Shown: positions 9,118 to 19,849, counted from the stretch's first letter. The stretch: 64,000 nt of DNA from Bacteroidota bacterium (GCA_024278975.1 JAJRSD010000061.1:153320-217319), one strand, 5' to 3'. Notes: generated from the letters alone by a model not told the origin. A program made the numbers and translations.

Positions 9118-10287
9118 ATGGAAATGGATATTCGCCATTATTTCGATAAGGTAGATTTTACCCGATTTTCTGAAACAGTTCAATCTAACTGGAAATATTT
9201 AATCGGTTCTTCAATAGAGAAACGAACATTATCTGTTACACCGCAAAATATCCAAAAACTCGATGCTGTAATTATTGGTGCTCCTTTCGATAGTAGAAAA
9301 GCAGATACTAATTTGTCTGATGCTCCCCATAAAATTCGTAAAGAGTTGTATCAGCTCACAAAAATTGATACGAAATTAAATATTGCCGATTTTGGTAATT
9401 TAAAACCTGCAAGCAGTGTAAAAGGTAATTATCATGCTATTCGCGATATTGTTGAATTTTGTAACGAGCTGGAAATAGTTACGATAATAATTGGAGGCAG
9501 TCAGGATTTAAGTACCGGTATTTGCGAGGCATTTAAAAGTAACAGAATGTTTTCGTTTTCAACCATCGATACTTTTTTGGATGTAAAGAAAAGTAAGGAG
9601 GCGTTTAACTCAACAAATTATTTATCACGGATTTTTACTTCTTTACCAAATCTTTTTCAGTTTAGTTTAATCGGTTTTCAAAGTCATTATATTGCTCCTG
9701 AATATTTTTCAAAAACCAAAGGTATTAACAATAATATTCGGTTGGGACGTTTAAGAGACGATATTTCTGAGGCGGAACCTGTTTTGCGAAATACCGATGT
9801 TCTCTCTTTCGATATAGGAGCAGTTAAATACTCAGAAGCACCCGGAGGATGTAGTTTTACACCCAACGGATTACGCAGCGAAGAGGCTTGTCAGTTGGCA
9901 AAATATGCAGGGTTGAGCGATCGGTTAAAAGTATTTGGACTGTTTGAATACAGTTCGGAAAAAGATCAGCACAATTTAACAGCTAAACTTTCGGCACAAA
10001 TTGTTTGGTATTTTATTGAAGGATTTAAAAAACGTCGAAATAATAAGCCAAACGAAAACGACCAGAATATTATGTACCAGGTTGAAGTGAAGAATTTAGA
10101 TAAGCCTTTGGTTTTCTATAAAAATGTCGAAAATAATCAATGGTGGATGCAAATAATTGCTTCCGACGAAAAATCAATATATTTTGCTTGTACCGAAAAG
10201 GAATACAATCAGGCATCGAACAACGAAATTCCTGAATTATGGCTTAATTACATTCAGAAATTAGATGAAATAAGTATGGATAATTAA
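9118..10287 (+). CDS. Arginase/formiminoglutamase-fold protein with degenerate metal site
   Basis: IIGAP..IRKELY..DFGN..IIIGGSQD..IDTFLD..SFDIGAV..PNGL; several Mn ligands replaced; extra C-terminal domain. Confidence 0.75.
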   Translation: MEMDIRHYFDKVDFTRFSETVQSNWKYLIGSSIEKRTLSVTPQNIQKLDAVIIGAPFDSRKADTNLSDAPHKIRKELYQLTKIDTKLNIADFGNLKPASSVKGNYHAIRDIVEFCNELEIVTIIIGGSQDLSTGICEAFKSNRMFSFSTIDTFLDVKKSKEAFNSTNYLSRIFTSLPNLFQFSLIGFQSHYIAPEYFSKTKGINNNIRLGRLRDDISEAEPVLRNTDVLSFDIGAVKYSEAPGGCSFTPNGLRSEEACQLAKYAGLSDRLKVFGLFEYSSEKDQHNLTAKLSAQIVWYFIEGFKKRRNNKPNENDQNIMYQVEVKNLDKPLVFYKNVENNQWWMQIIASDEKSIYFACTEKEYNQASNNEIPELWLNYIQKLDEISMDN

Positions 10288-10486
10288 ATGCTCATTTAAA
10301 ATGTTTTTCTTTGTGAGCTATAAAAAGTTTGGTTAATTTTTACAGATATTATGGTGCATTGTTAAAATAATAGATAAAAGCAAGCGTTCTTTGCATACAA
10401 TGCTGACAGATGTTTGTAACAAACAACATTTTTTTATTTCTTTAGCAAGGATTAATACGACTGTTAAGCCGCATCCGAAAAGGACT

Positions 10487-11440
10487 ATGAAAAAAATTAT
10501 TTCTTTTTTATTTTTGGTATTTATAGTTAATTTAGCAGCCTTTGGCCAGCAAGATCCACAATATACAAACAACATGTATTACAAGTTGGGTGTAAATCCG
10601 GGTTTCGCAGGAGCTGAAGGTGCAATTAACGGCTTGATTTTAAATCGCTACCAGTGGGAAGGATTTAAAGGTGCACCAAAAACTCTGGTCTTTAGTGCCG
10701 ATGCAGCAATTGAAGCATTTGGAGCTCCGGGAGGAATTGGTTTAAATGTTGTGAGCGATGAATTGGGATTTGAGAAAAATACTCAGATTAATATCAATTA
10801 CGCTTATAAAGTACCATTGGATATTGGAGTTTTAGGAATTGGAGTAGCTTTGGGGGTATTAAACAAGGGAATTAATGCTGAAACCTGGATTTCTACAGAT
10901 GATATTTTAAATAGTACTGAAGGTGGAACCGGCGACTATTTAATTCCTCAGGCCGAGGTAAGTCAAATGGCTTTTGATGCAGGGTTAGGATTGTACCTAT
11001 CTGCTAAAAAGTATTATTTGGGAGTATCTGTAACTCATTTAAATCAGGCTTCCATTAAGTTTGATGAGCTTGCAAGTACATATTTGGTAAGGCACTATTA
11101 TTTATCGGGCGGGTACAATATTAAACTAGCCGATCCGTTATTTGAGTTGCGTCCTTCGTTCTTTTTTAAATCTGACATAGCCAGTTGGCAGTTGGATATG
11201 AATGTGAACGTAGTTTTTGACGAACGTTTTTGGGGGGGGATTTCCTATCGTGTTCAGGATGCAGTTGCCCTGCTAATGGGAATGGAGATGGCAAACGGAT
11301 TACGTTTCGGTTACTCGTTTGATTTAGTTACATCGGCTATTAGTCGGTATGGATTTGGTTCGCACGAAATATTTGTGAGTTATTCGTTAGATTTAGAAAA
11401 GAACCGAAACCAAAAGTATAAGAGCATTAGATTTTTATAG
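10487..11440 (+). CDS. porP: T9SS outer-membrane barrel, PorP/SprF family
   Basis: QQDPQYTNNMY...NPGFAG...RYQWEGF..APKT, C-terminal GSHEIFVSY; likely ATG 10487 (ORF from 10391). Confidence 0.9.
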   Translation: MKKIISFLFLVFIVNLAAFGQQDPQYTNNMYYKLGVNPGFAGAEGAINGLILNRYQWEGFKGAPKTLVFSADAAIEAFGAPGGIGLNVVSDELGFEKNTQININYAYKVPLDIGVLGIGVALGVLNKGINAETWISTDDILNSTEGGTGDYLIPQAEVSQMAFDAGLGLYLSAKKYYLGVSVTHLNQASIKFDELASTYLVRHYYLSGGYNIKLADPLFELRPSFFFKSDIASWQLDMNVNVVFDERFWGGISYRVQDAVALLMGMEMANGLRFGYSFDLVTSAISRYGFGSHEIFVSYSLDLEKNRNQKYKSIRFL

Positions 11441-11576
11441 AGAATTGATTATAATATTTGAATTAATTAGAATATGAACAGGCAGTAAATTTAATAACCT
11501 TTAAGTGTTGACAAGTTTAGTTAAATTTCATTGTTGGTTTCATATGTTATCATAATATTACGTAAAATTTGAACGT

Positions 11577-12914
11577 ATGAAAAAACTTCTTTTAATTGCA
11601 GTAATAATCTGGGGCGCACTTGGTTTTTCGGGATGCAGTAAGTCTGGTAACGGAGAGCTGGTTGGCGTGCAAGACAGACCAAAGTGGAGAGAAACGCAGC
11701 CATACGGAATGGTGTTTATTCGCAGGGGTAGTTTTAATATCGGTCCCAGCGATCAAGATGCAAGTATGTCTGGAGTTCCAACCAAGACAGTTTCTCAGGA
11801 GGCATTTTGGATGGATGACACTGAAATTACAAATAATGAATATCGACAATTTGTAAGTTGGGTTATAGATTCAATGGCTCGTAAAATGTTAGGAGACCAA
11901 TACCCCGAATTTTTAAATACCGAGGATAGAGATGGAAATCCAATTGATCCGCCAACAATTAACTGGAGAGAAAAAATTGATTGGGAAGACATCGACTATC
12001 AAATGGCAATGCAAGATATGTATATGCCCGAAAACGAAAGATTTTTTGGAAAAAAGGAGATCGACTCCAGAAAATTAATTTATGAATATTGGTGGATTGA
12101 TTTGAATCAGGCAGCAAAAAGAAGCAATAGTTATAACTACGACGATCAGCGTTACGAGGGAAATGTTTATGATGTTGATGGTGTATTAGTACCTATAACA
12201 AACCGTTCATCGTTTATCTTCCAAGATCAAGTACCAGTTTACCCCGATACTTTAACATGGATCAGGGATTTTACCTATTCGTATAACGAACCCCTCGCAA
12301 CCCGTTATTTCTGGCATCCCGGATTCGATGATTATCCTGTGGTTGGTGTAACCTGGAAACAAGCCAGAGCTTTTTGTAACTGGAGAACAAAAATTCAAAG
12401 TAATTTTTTATCGATGAAAGGCGAGCCGGAATTGCAATCATACAGATTACCAACAGAAGTTGAATGGGAATATGCAGCACGAGGTGGAAAAAACTTTTCA
12501 ATGTTTCCGTGGGGAGGATATTATACCAGAGACGATGATGGTGTTTTTCTTGCAAACTTTAAACCTCTGCGTGGTAACTACGTAGAAGACGGTGGAATAG
12601 CATCGATGAAAGTAGGTAGTTACGATCCCAATGAATATGGTTTATACGATATGGCAGGTAATATTGCCGAGTGGACAAGTACAGCATACGACGAAGCCGG
12701 ATACAATTATTTTGGCGATTTAAACGCAACATTTACATATAATGCACGCCCCGACGATCCACCGGTAATGAAACGTAAAGTTATTCGTGGCGGATCATGG
12801 AAAGACATCTCAAGTTTTATTCAGGTTTCAACAAGGAACTACGAATATCAGGACACTACAAAATCGTATGTCGGTTTCCGTTGTGTGCGTTCTACTTTTG
12901 GAGACGAATTTTAG
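11577..12914 (+). CDS. gldK: T9SS/gliding lipoprotein GldK/PorK
   Basis: Lipobox FSGC, FGE-sulfatase-like fold (YPVVGVTW, RLPTEVEWEYAARGG, DMAGNIAEW, RGGSW, GFRC); first in KLMN order. Confidence 0.93.
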   Translation: MKKLLLIAVIIWGALGFSGCSKSGNGELVGVQDRPKWRETQPYGMVFIRRGSFNIGPSDQDASMSGVPTKTVSQEAFWMDDTEITNNEYRQFVSWVIDSMARKMLGDQYPEFLNTEDRDGNPIDPPTINWREKIDWEDIDYQMAMQDMYMPENERFFGKKEIDSRKLIYEYWWIDLNQAAKRSNSYNYDDQRYEGNVYDVDGVLVPITNRSSFIFQDQVPVYPDTLTWIRDFTYSYNEPLATRYFWHPGFDDYPVVGVTWKQARAFCNWRTKIQSNFLSMKGEPELQSYRLPTEVEWEYAARGGKNFSMFPWGGYYTRDDDGVFLANFKPLRGNYVEDGGIASMKVGSYDPNEYGLYDMAGNIAEWTSTAYDEAGYNYFGDLNATFTYNARPDDPPVMKRKVIRGGSWKDISSFIQVSTRNYEYQDTTKSYVGFRCVRSTFGDEF

Positions 12915-12947
12915 TAATTTAATTGTTAAACTAATTTCTGAATAGAT

Positions 12948-13919
12948 ATGAATCTGGGAGAATTATTTAAAACAAAGCGTTGGAAAACATTTATGGGCTA
13001 TGTTTATGGCTGGGGTGCTGCTATTGTTATGGTTGGTGCACTTTTCAAGCTCGAGCATTGGCAATATTCTAGTTTGCTGCTTACAGTCGGGCTTATTACC
13101 GAGGCGTTTATATTCTTCTTATCAGCGTTCGAACCTCCAGTTGAAATGCCGGAGTGGAGTAAAGTTTATCCTGAATTAAAGGAAGAGTATGAATTAATGG
13201 ATCTGGATGAATTAGATCAAAAAGGTAAAAAGGGACTGGGCGAACTTTTCTCCAGCTCAGAATTAACACCCGAACTTTTAGATAAAGTTGGAAAGGGATT
13301 AAACGATTTAAGTAATACAGCCAAAGGAATTAGTGATATTTCCACAGCAACTCTCGCTACCGATATGTACGTGAAAAATCTTGGTTCGGCATCGGAATCG
13401 ATGACAAATCTTGCTGAGATAAATAATCGTGCAAATGAATCTATTAATAATTCGGTTGGAGCTTTGGTTGAGTCGTACTCTTCAACAGCTCAGAAACTTT
13501 CTGATTCAGGCGCAGGATTCATCGAAAAAATTCATAAAAGCGGAGAAGAGTTTTCAAGTCAGTTGGTTGAAACAGGAAAACGTCTGGCATCAACTTATAA
13601 CGATGCAGGAGAATCTATATCGTCTGAATTGAATAATATAAAAGAAAGTTCGAAGCAATATTCTGGTAATTTGGATTTGCTCAATGGTAATCTGTCTGCT
13701 TTAAATTCAAATTTCGAAACTCAGCTAAAAGGGACAGAAGAACAATTTAAAGCCAGCCAGAAATTTAGTCAGGATTTGAGCGAGATGAATAATATACTTG
13801 CCTCTTCGGTAAACGAGCTGAAAAAATATAAGGAAAACGCAGAACAACTAAATAAGCACCTCGAATCGTTGAATACCATTTATGGTAATATGCTGGGTGC
13901 AATGAGCTATAAAAAGTAA
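12948..13919 (+). CDS. gldL: T9SS motor subunit GldL/PorL
   Basis: YGWGAAIVMVGALFKLEHW and GLITEAFIFFLSAFEP TM pair, then coiled coil; ends NMLGAM. Confidence 0.93.
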   Translation: MNLGELFKTKRWKTFMGYVYGWGAAIVMVGALFKLEHWQYSSLLLTVGLITEAFIFFLSAFEPPVEMPEWSKVYPELKEEYELMDLDELDQKGKKGLGELFSSSELTPELLDKVGKGLNDLSNTAKGISDISTATLATDMYVKNLGSASESMTNLAEINNRANESINNSVGALVESYSSTAQKLSDSGAGFIEKIHKSGEEFSSQLVETGKRLASTYNDAGESISSELNNIKESSKQYSGNLDLLNGNLSALNSNFETQLKGTEEQFKASQKFSQDLSEMNNILASSVNELKKYKENAEQLNKHLESLNTIYGNMLGAMSYKK

Positions 13920-13937
13920 AACTTCGAGTAGAATAGT

Positions 13938-15548
13938 ATGGCAGCAAAAAATTGTCCGGAAACCCCGCGACAAAAAATGATAAACATGATGTACATAGTG
14001 TTAACAGCAATGTTAGCACTTAATGTTGCAGCACAAGTTCTGGAGGCATTTCGTGTTGTCGATTCCAGTCTGCTTCATACTTTAAAATCAGTTGATGTGA
14101 AGAGTCGTCAGGTTTATTTGTCTTTTGAACAAGCTTATGCCGAAAACCCAACTAAAGTGCAGGAGTGGAAACAAAAAGCTGATAAAGTTCAAAGTAGTAC
14201 AAAAGAGATGTTTTCGTATATTTTACAACTGAAAGAAGAGATTGTAAAATACTCGGGCGCAACAATTGCAAGTGAAGAAAATCCGATTAATACTGATGAT
14301 TTTTATCTTGTTGCCGAAAATGGCGATACTCTTATTGTTGAAAAGCAAGATGATTTAAACGGACCTTCAGAATTAATGATCACGCAAAAGAGAGCGGAGG
14401 AATTAAATAAGAAAATTACCGAATATAGAAATGGATTGGTTGCACTGCTTGACGAGGATGATGTTGAGTTAAAACAGTCGATACTGAAAGAGTTGGAAAC
14501 ACCCGATCCGGTTGTAAAAATTAAAGACGGAACCGACAAAAAAACGTGGGAAACTCAATACTTTCTCGATAAACCTTTAGTTGCTATTCTAACTTTACTT
14601 TCAAAATTTCAAATTGATGTTAAAAACTCGGAGGCAAACTTAATAAACTATTTGTATGGGCAAATTGACGCGGGCTCGTTTAAATTTAATAAACTGGGGG
14701 CACGAATAATTGCAAACTCAAATATTATTTTGCAGGGAGATGTTTATGAAGCCGACGTATTTTTGGCTGCTGAAGATTCTACTCAGCAACCACAAATATT
14801 TATTAATAACAAGGAGGTTGAAGTTATTGATGGAAAAGCAAATTATAAAGGAAACACCACGCAACCGGGAGTTTTTAAATGGAGTGGTTTAATAAAATAT
14901 AAAACACCAAGTGGAGTTATTAGAAATTATCCTTTCGAGCAGGAATATCAGGTTGTAAAACCAAGTGTTACAATGTCGGCAACACGGATGAACGTTTTCT
15001 ATCTGGGAATTAAAAATCCATTTTCAATTGGCGGCGGAGCAATCCCCAACGAACTTATGGATGCTACAATGACCAATGGTAAAATTACTAAAACGGGCGA
15101 TACGTATATTATTGAACCTACTGCGTTAGACGAGCAGGGGAAAAGAACAAAAGTAACGGTTTATGCTGAAATCGGAGGTAAAAGGAGAGTAGTTGGTACA
15201 TCTAATTGGCGTGTTAAACAAGTTCCACCACCAGTTGCTCAGGTAGCAGGTCAATCCGGTGGAGATATCCGTAAAGAAGTTTTAGCTATTCAGGATGGTG
15301 TTATGGCTGTTCTGGTAGATTTCGATTTCGATTTTAAATACAAGGTAACCCAGTTCGATGTTCAAACGTCAGGTGTTGCAGGGTATGCAATTATTAGAAA
15401 GTCAAATTCAAACAGGTTTACTGCCGAGCAAAAAGATATGCTGAGCAGAGTTAAACCACAAAGTATAGTTTATATTTCAAATATTAAAGCAATTGGAGAT
15501 GATGGTAAAACACGAAACCTCGATCCAATTCCATTCAAAATACGTTAA
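13938..15548 (+). CDS. gldM: T9SS motor subunit GldM/PorM
   Basis: PRQKMINMMYIVLTAMLALNV; MNVFYLGIKNP; RVKQVPPP. Confidence 0.95.
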   Translation: MAAKNCPETPRQKMINMMYIVLTAMLALNVAAQVLEAFRVVDSSLLHTLKSVDVKSRQVYLSFEQAYAENPTKVQEWKQKADKVQSSTKEMFSYILQLKEEIVKYSGATIASEENPINTDDFYLVAENGDTLIVEKQDDLNGPSELMITQKRAEELNKKITEYRNGLVALLDEDDVELKQSILKELETPDPVVKIKDGTDKKTWETQYFLDKPLVAILTLLSKFQIDVKNSEANLINYLYGQIDAGSFKFNKLGARIIANSNIILQGDVYEADVFLAAEDSTQQPQIFINNKEVEVIDGKANYKGNTTQPGVFKWSGLIKYKTPSGVIRNYPFEQEYQVVKPSVTMSATRMNVFYLGIKNPFSIGGGAIPNELMDATMTNGKITKTGDTYIIEPTALDEQGKRTKVTVYAEIGGKRRVVGTSNWRVKQVPPPVAQVAGQSGGDIRKEVLAIQDGVMAVLVDFDFDFKYKVTQFDVQTSGVAGYAIIRKSNSNRFTAEQKDMLSRVKPQSIVYISNIKAIGDDGKTRNLDPIPFKIR

Positions 15549-15550
15549 TT

Positions 15551-16402
15551 ATGAGAAAGTTAGTTGTTTATATCGGAGTATTTGTTTTTATGCTGACACT
15601 GGCAGGAAAACAAACTAACGCACAAATAGTAGATGGTGCTTTTAAACGAAATGATATTGTTCAGAAAAAACCCATGCCATTACCTTCTGTCCGCGAGGCA
15701 GATGTATTCTGGTCTAAAAAAATATGGAGAATAATTGATTTGCGAGAGAAAATAAATCAACCACTTTATTACCCTTCTGAAGAGATGGAGGGACGGGTAA
15801 ACCTAATTTCACTTTTATTAAATGGAATTGAAAATGGGCAAATTACACCTTATGATGCAAGTTTCGACGATAATTTTAAAATACCAATGTCATTTGCAGA
15901 GGTAAAAAGTAAGTTTGGAGCAGAGGCAACTCAGGAAGAAAAAATTGATTTTGACACCGGAGAACGTACAATGGTTACTGTTCAAGGCGAAGTGAGACCG
16001 AATGATATTAAGCAGTACATGATAAAAGAAGAGTGGTATTTCGACAAACAAACTTCGACACTTAATGTCCGAATTATTGGAATCTGTCCGATTCGCGAGT
16101 TTGTAAGAGCAGGAGATGCTTCCGGAGAAGTACAGCGCGAGAAGTTATTTTGGGTTTATTTCCCGGAAATCAGACCATTATTATCAACCAATCTGGTGCT
16201 TAATCCGTACAACGAAGCCCGTCAAATGTCATTTGACGATGTGTTTATTAAAAGATTCTTTAACAGTTATATAGTTCAAGAATCAAACGTACTTAATAAT
16301 CGCCCGATTAGTGCCTATTTAATAGGGAAAGAAGCAATGCTTGAATCGAAAACTATTGAAGAGAAGATTTTTAATTTTGAACAAGATCTTTGGGAGTATT
16401 AA
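15551..16402 (+). CDS. gldN: T9SS GldN/PorN
   Basis: VREADVFWSKKIWRIIDLREKINQPLYYP; EEWYFDK; FWVYFPE; FEQDLWEY. Confidence 0.95.
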   Translation: MRKLVVYIGVFVFMLTLAGKQTNAQIVDGAFKRNDIVQKKPMPLPSVREADVFWSKKIWRIIDLREKINQPLYYPSEEMEGRVNLISLLLNGIENGQITPYDASFDDNFKIPMSFAEVKSKFGAEATQEEKIDFDTGERTMVTVQGEVRPNDIKQYMIKEEWYFDKQTSTLNVRIIGICPIREFVRAGDASGEVQREKLFWVYFPEIRPLLSTNLVLNPYNEARQMSFDDVFIKRFFNSYIVQESNVLNNRPISAYLIGKEAMLESKTIEEKIFNFEQDLWEY

Positions 16403-16422
16403 TAAGACAAATTATAAATGAG

Positions 16423-16450
16423 ACCTTATGTTTTCATAAGGTTTTTTTTT
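16423..16450 (+). terminator. Rho-independent terminator after gldN
   Basis: ACCTTATG-TTTT-CATAAGGT followed by a T run. Confidence 0.75.
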
Positions 16451-16498
16451 GAGATAATAACCCGGTTATAACTGCGTTTGTTGAATAAAATTAGTTGA

Positions 16499-17848
16499 AT
16501 GAGAAAAGCTTTAATATACTTTAGTATTGCCCTTGGGTTGCTTTTCAATTCATGCCAGAAATCTAATATATATCACCCTGATCGCGAACCTAAAAACGAA
16601 GATTGGTTTGAACCAACCCCGCATGGGATGGTTTATATTCAGCGAGCCTCATTTAAAATAGGACCTGCAAGCGATGAAGTTTCTCAAATACAAAATCCAA
16701 CAAAAACAGTTTCGAATGAAGCATTTTGGATGGATGATACAGAAATTACTAATAACGAATACCGTCAGTTTGTATATTGGGTGCGCGATTCGATTGCAAG
16801 AAAATTATTGGGTCAAACCTATACCGATTTTGTTATTGCTGAAAGTCCGGATGGAACTCCATTAGACAATCCAACAATTAACTGGGAAGAGAAAATTGAA
16901 TGGAACGATCGTGATTTTCAAATGGCGATGGACGAGTTATATATTCCAGAAGAAGAACAGTTTTTATTTAGAAAAGAAGTTGATACCCGGGTTTTAATTT
17001 ATGATTATTATTGGGTAGATTATAAACAGGCAGCAAGCAGACGAAACAGCTTCGATTTTGCAACTCAAAAATATAATGGCTCGATAATTAATAAAGATGG
17101 TGAGATTGTACCCATAGAAAACAGGAGTACATTCCTAATGCACGAATCGGTTCCTATCTATCCCGACACGTTATGCTGGATCAGAGATTTTGCATATACA
17201 TATAACGAGCCCTTCACATTAAAGTATTTTTAGCATTCGGGGTTCGATGATTACCCGGTTGTTGGTGTTACATGGAAACAGGCAAATGCTTTTTGCAACT
17301 GGCGAACCGGTTTAAAAGCATCGGTTCAAAGCCGTTTGAAAGAGACACCTGCACACGATTTTAGGTTACCAACAGAATCTGAATGGGAGATTGCAGCCCG
17401 TGGAGGTTTGCAAAGTTCGTTATTCCCATGGGGTAGTTATTATACACGAAATAGTGAAGGTTGTTTTGTTGCTAATTTTAAACCTCGTCGTGGAAATTAT
17501 GTGGCCGATAGCCCGACTACTGCGTTAACAATGCAAGTTGGCGAATTCGACCCAAATCCTTATGGATTATACGATATGGCTGGAAATGTTGCGGAGTGGA
17601 CAAGTACCGCTTTTTACGAATCGGGTTACGATGTAGTTGGAGATCTCAATCCTGAATTGCAATACAATGCAAAAACCGATGATCCGCCGGTAATGAAACG
17701 AAAAGTTGTACGTGGCGGATCGTGGAAAGATATGGCATTTTTTCTTCGTACCTCAACCCGGAGTTTTGAATATCAGGACACAACAAAATCGTACATTGGG
17801 TTTAGATGTGTTCGGACTTCATTTCGTAATGATCTTCAAAATTATTAA
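16499..17848 (+). pseudogene. gldK: Second GldK paralogue interrupted by one in-frame TAG (17231-17233)
   Basis: ORFs 16499..17233 and 17336..17848 are in frame; KYF*HSGFDDYPVVGVTWKQA aligns with RYFWHPGFDDYPVVGVTWKQA of GldK1; lipobox FNSC. Confidence 0.85.
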
Positions 17849-17905
17849 CCCGAGCCTGAATAAAATCAAACCCGGGTTAATAGGAGGATAAATAAAAGTA
17901 GTTTC

Positions 17906-18361
17906 TTACTTCTTCAATTCACTTAATTCTCCAAGAATTTTTGCCCTTAAACTGGCTTCAAAATAACTTTCAATCATAAGAAATTGAGCTGCTGCTTTTG
18001 AACCTGCAACTTTTTTAATTTTCTTATAATACTTTTTTGAAACCTTTGCCATTGATTTACGATTGGCTAAAGATTCTTCCATAAGAATATCCATCCTTTT
18101 ATCGCTGTAATTTACATAGTTACCGGCAAATTCTAATAAAAGCTCATAACGTTTTTGTCCATATTGCTGGCGTTCTTTTTCGTATTCATCATAAACAGTC
18201 CAAAACTCAGAACTTTTATCTAACTGAACAAAATCGCTTATCATGGCTTCTTTTGACATACCAAATATTGCCTGGTAATACTCAAGCTCTTTATCTGCTG
18301 TTTGCGAAAAAACAAACGTAGATGCCACTAGTAACAGGGTAAGAGAAAATAATTTTTTCAT
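17906..18361 (-). CDS. Secreted alpha-helical protein, paralogue of 22008..22472
   Basis: Signal peptide; YYQAIFGM..FWTVYDEYEKER..AAQFLMIESY. Confidence 0.75.
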   Translation of the reverse strand: MKKLFSLTLLLVASTFVFSQTADKELEYYQAIFGMSKEAMISDFVQLDKSSEFWTVYDEYEKERQQYGQKRYELLLEFAGNYVNYSDKRMDILMEESLANRKSMAKVSKKYYKKIKKVAGSKAAAQFLMIESYFEASLRAKILGELSELKK

Positions 18362-18551
18362 TTTATAAAATTTAATTCAACATTAATAATTTACGGTTCT
18401 AACTAAAAATAACAGATTTAAGTATTTGTATATTCCAAGTTGCTAAATTAAGGTATTTGAAATAGTTATTGTACATTTCTATTCAAAATTCTCATAAATA
18501 TTAATAAGAAAAGTAAATGAAGTGTAAAATTGCAAATCAGAGTTAGCATTT

Positions 18552-19184
18552 TTACTTAATAGTACCCGATTCTATTAATGTTTTAACTAATGTATCAGAA
18601 TAGCTTTTTGAAGCCGAATTTGATCCAGACGGATCCGTTAACTCCGACTGGCCTGACCAAACAACAGCCTCTTTGGGATCTGATTCAGACACATCGTATA
18701 AACGCGTCTCCAAAACGTACGTTTTTTGCTGACGGTAATAATCGTTAGCATACATATGGTGGTAACCTGAATATATATAACTTCTGTAACCATATCCATA
18801 TCCGTAATTCATTGGGTAATACGATGTATTATTCACTCGTACATCTTGTGTTTTTACATCAATGAGCGTTGTAACCAGCACTGCATCATAATTTCCTTCT
18901 TTTATTCTTGCTTCGATCTGCTCTTCAGTAACATCTTCCATATCTTCAACCGGTGTAAAAACCGATAAAGCATTTGTTGCATTTATGCCCTCTTCTTTTA
19001 GATATTTAACCACGGTATTCTCGAACAGTGTTCTGGATTTTAGATTTTTTGAAATTGTTAATACTAGAATTTTGTCAAATTTCTTCCCTTCAAATTCGGG
19101 TTTTGTCCATGTATATTTCATGGTAGTTGAGCACGACCAAAGAAACATAATAGCTACCAAACTAATTATTATTCGTGTTTTCAT
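18552..19184 (-). CDS. DUF4136-like lipoprotein, tandem paralogue 1
   Basis: Lipobox LWSC; Tyr-rich loop; VVWSGQSE; nearly identical termini to 19226..19849. Confidence 0.7.
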   Translation of the reverse strand: MKTRIIISLVAIMFLWSCSTTMKYTWTKPEFEGKKFDKILVLTISKNLKSRTLFENTVVKYLKEEGINATNALSVFTPVEDMEDVTEEQIEARIKEGNYDAVLVTTLIDVKTQDVRVNNTSYYPMNYGYGYGYRSYIYSGYHHMYANDYYRQQKTYVLETRLYDVSESDPKEAVVWSGQSELTDPSGSNSASKSYSDTLVKTLIESGTIK

Positions 19185-19225
19185 GATTTTATATAGTTTT
19201 AAAAATTAATTTTAATTATTGAGTT

Positions 19226-19849
19226 TTATTTTATTGTTCCCGATTCGATTAGTGTTTTTACCAATGTTTTAGAATAAGATTTCGATGCTGATTCAGAAGA
19301 TGATGGGTCGGTTAATTCCGATTGACCAGACCAAACAACTGCCTCTTTATTTGCCTGGTCAGCAACATCAAATAACTGTGTTTCTAATACATAAGTTGTT
19401 TCCTGCCGATAATATTCAGGCTCTTGCATATGCATATAACCGCTTCGAATGTGTCTCCCGTATCTGTACGATACTGGCGGAGCGTAAGTTCCTCCACCTT
19501 CTCTGACATCCCTTGTACTTTCGTCAATAATAGAAGTTACCAAAACTCCGTCGTAATCTCCTTCAAGGATTTTGGCTTCAATTTCATCCTCTGTTAAATT
19601 ACCTGTCATTAGAGCAGGAGGGAAAATGTTTAAACTATTAGTGGCAGAAATTCCTTCTTTTATAAGGTTTTCGACAATGGCATTTTCACCATCAATTCTG
19701 CCTTGTTGTGTTTGCGCTTCAACAATTACCAAGATTTTTTTGTACTTCCTCCCCTGATAATTTTCTTTTGTCCATGTATATTTCATGGTACTTGCACACG
19801 ACCAGAGAAAAATCATGGCAAATAAACTAATTACTACTCTTGTTTTCAT
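19226..19849 (-). CDS. DUF4136-like lipoprotein, tandem paralogue 2
   Basis: Lipobox LWSC; EAVVWSGQSELTDPS..SKSYS.TLVKTLIESGTIK shared with the neighbour. Confidence 0.7.
   Translation of the reverse strand: MKTRVVISLFAMIFLWSCASTMKYTWTKENYQGRKYKKILVIVEAQTQQGRIDGENAIVENLIKEGISATNSLNIFPPALMTGNLTEDEIEAKILEGDYDGVLVTSIIDESTRDVREGGGTYAPPVSYRYGRHIRSGYMHMQEPEYYRQETTYVLETQLFDVADQANKEAVVWSGQSELTDPSSSESASKSYSKTLVKTLIESGTIK

Noticed and set aside
17231-17233. Genome-wide amber recoding or pyrrolysine insertion
   Set aside because: TAG acts as a normal stop for topA (9052-9054), porP and gldK1; no pyl genes are visible; the aligned residue is Trp, one transition away from TAG.
11577-17848. GldK proteins as formylglycine-generating enzymes for the nearby sulfatases
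   Set aside because: The FGE-like fold is a known property of GldK/PorK, and the context is the KLMN operon.
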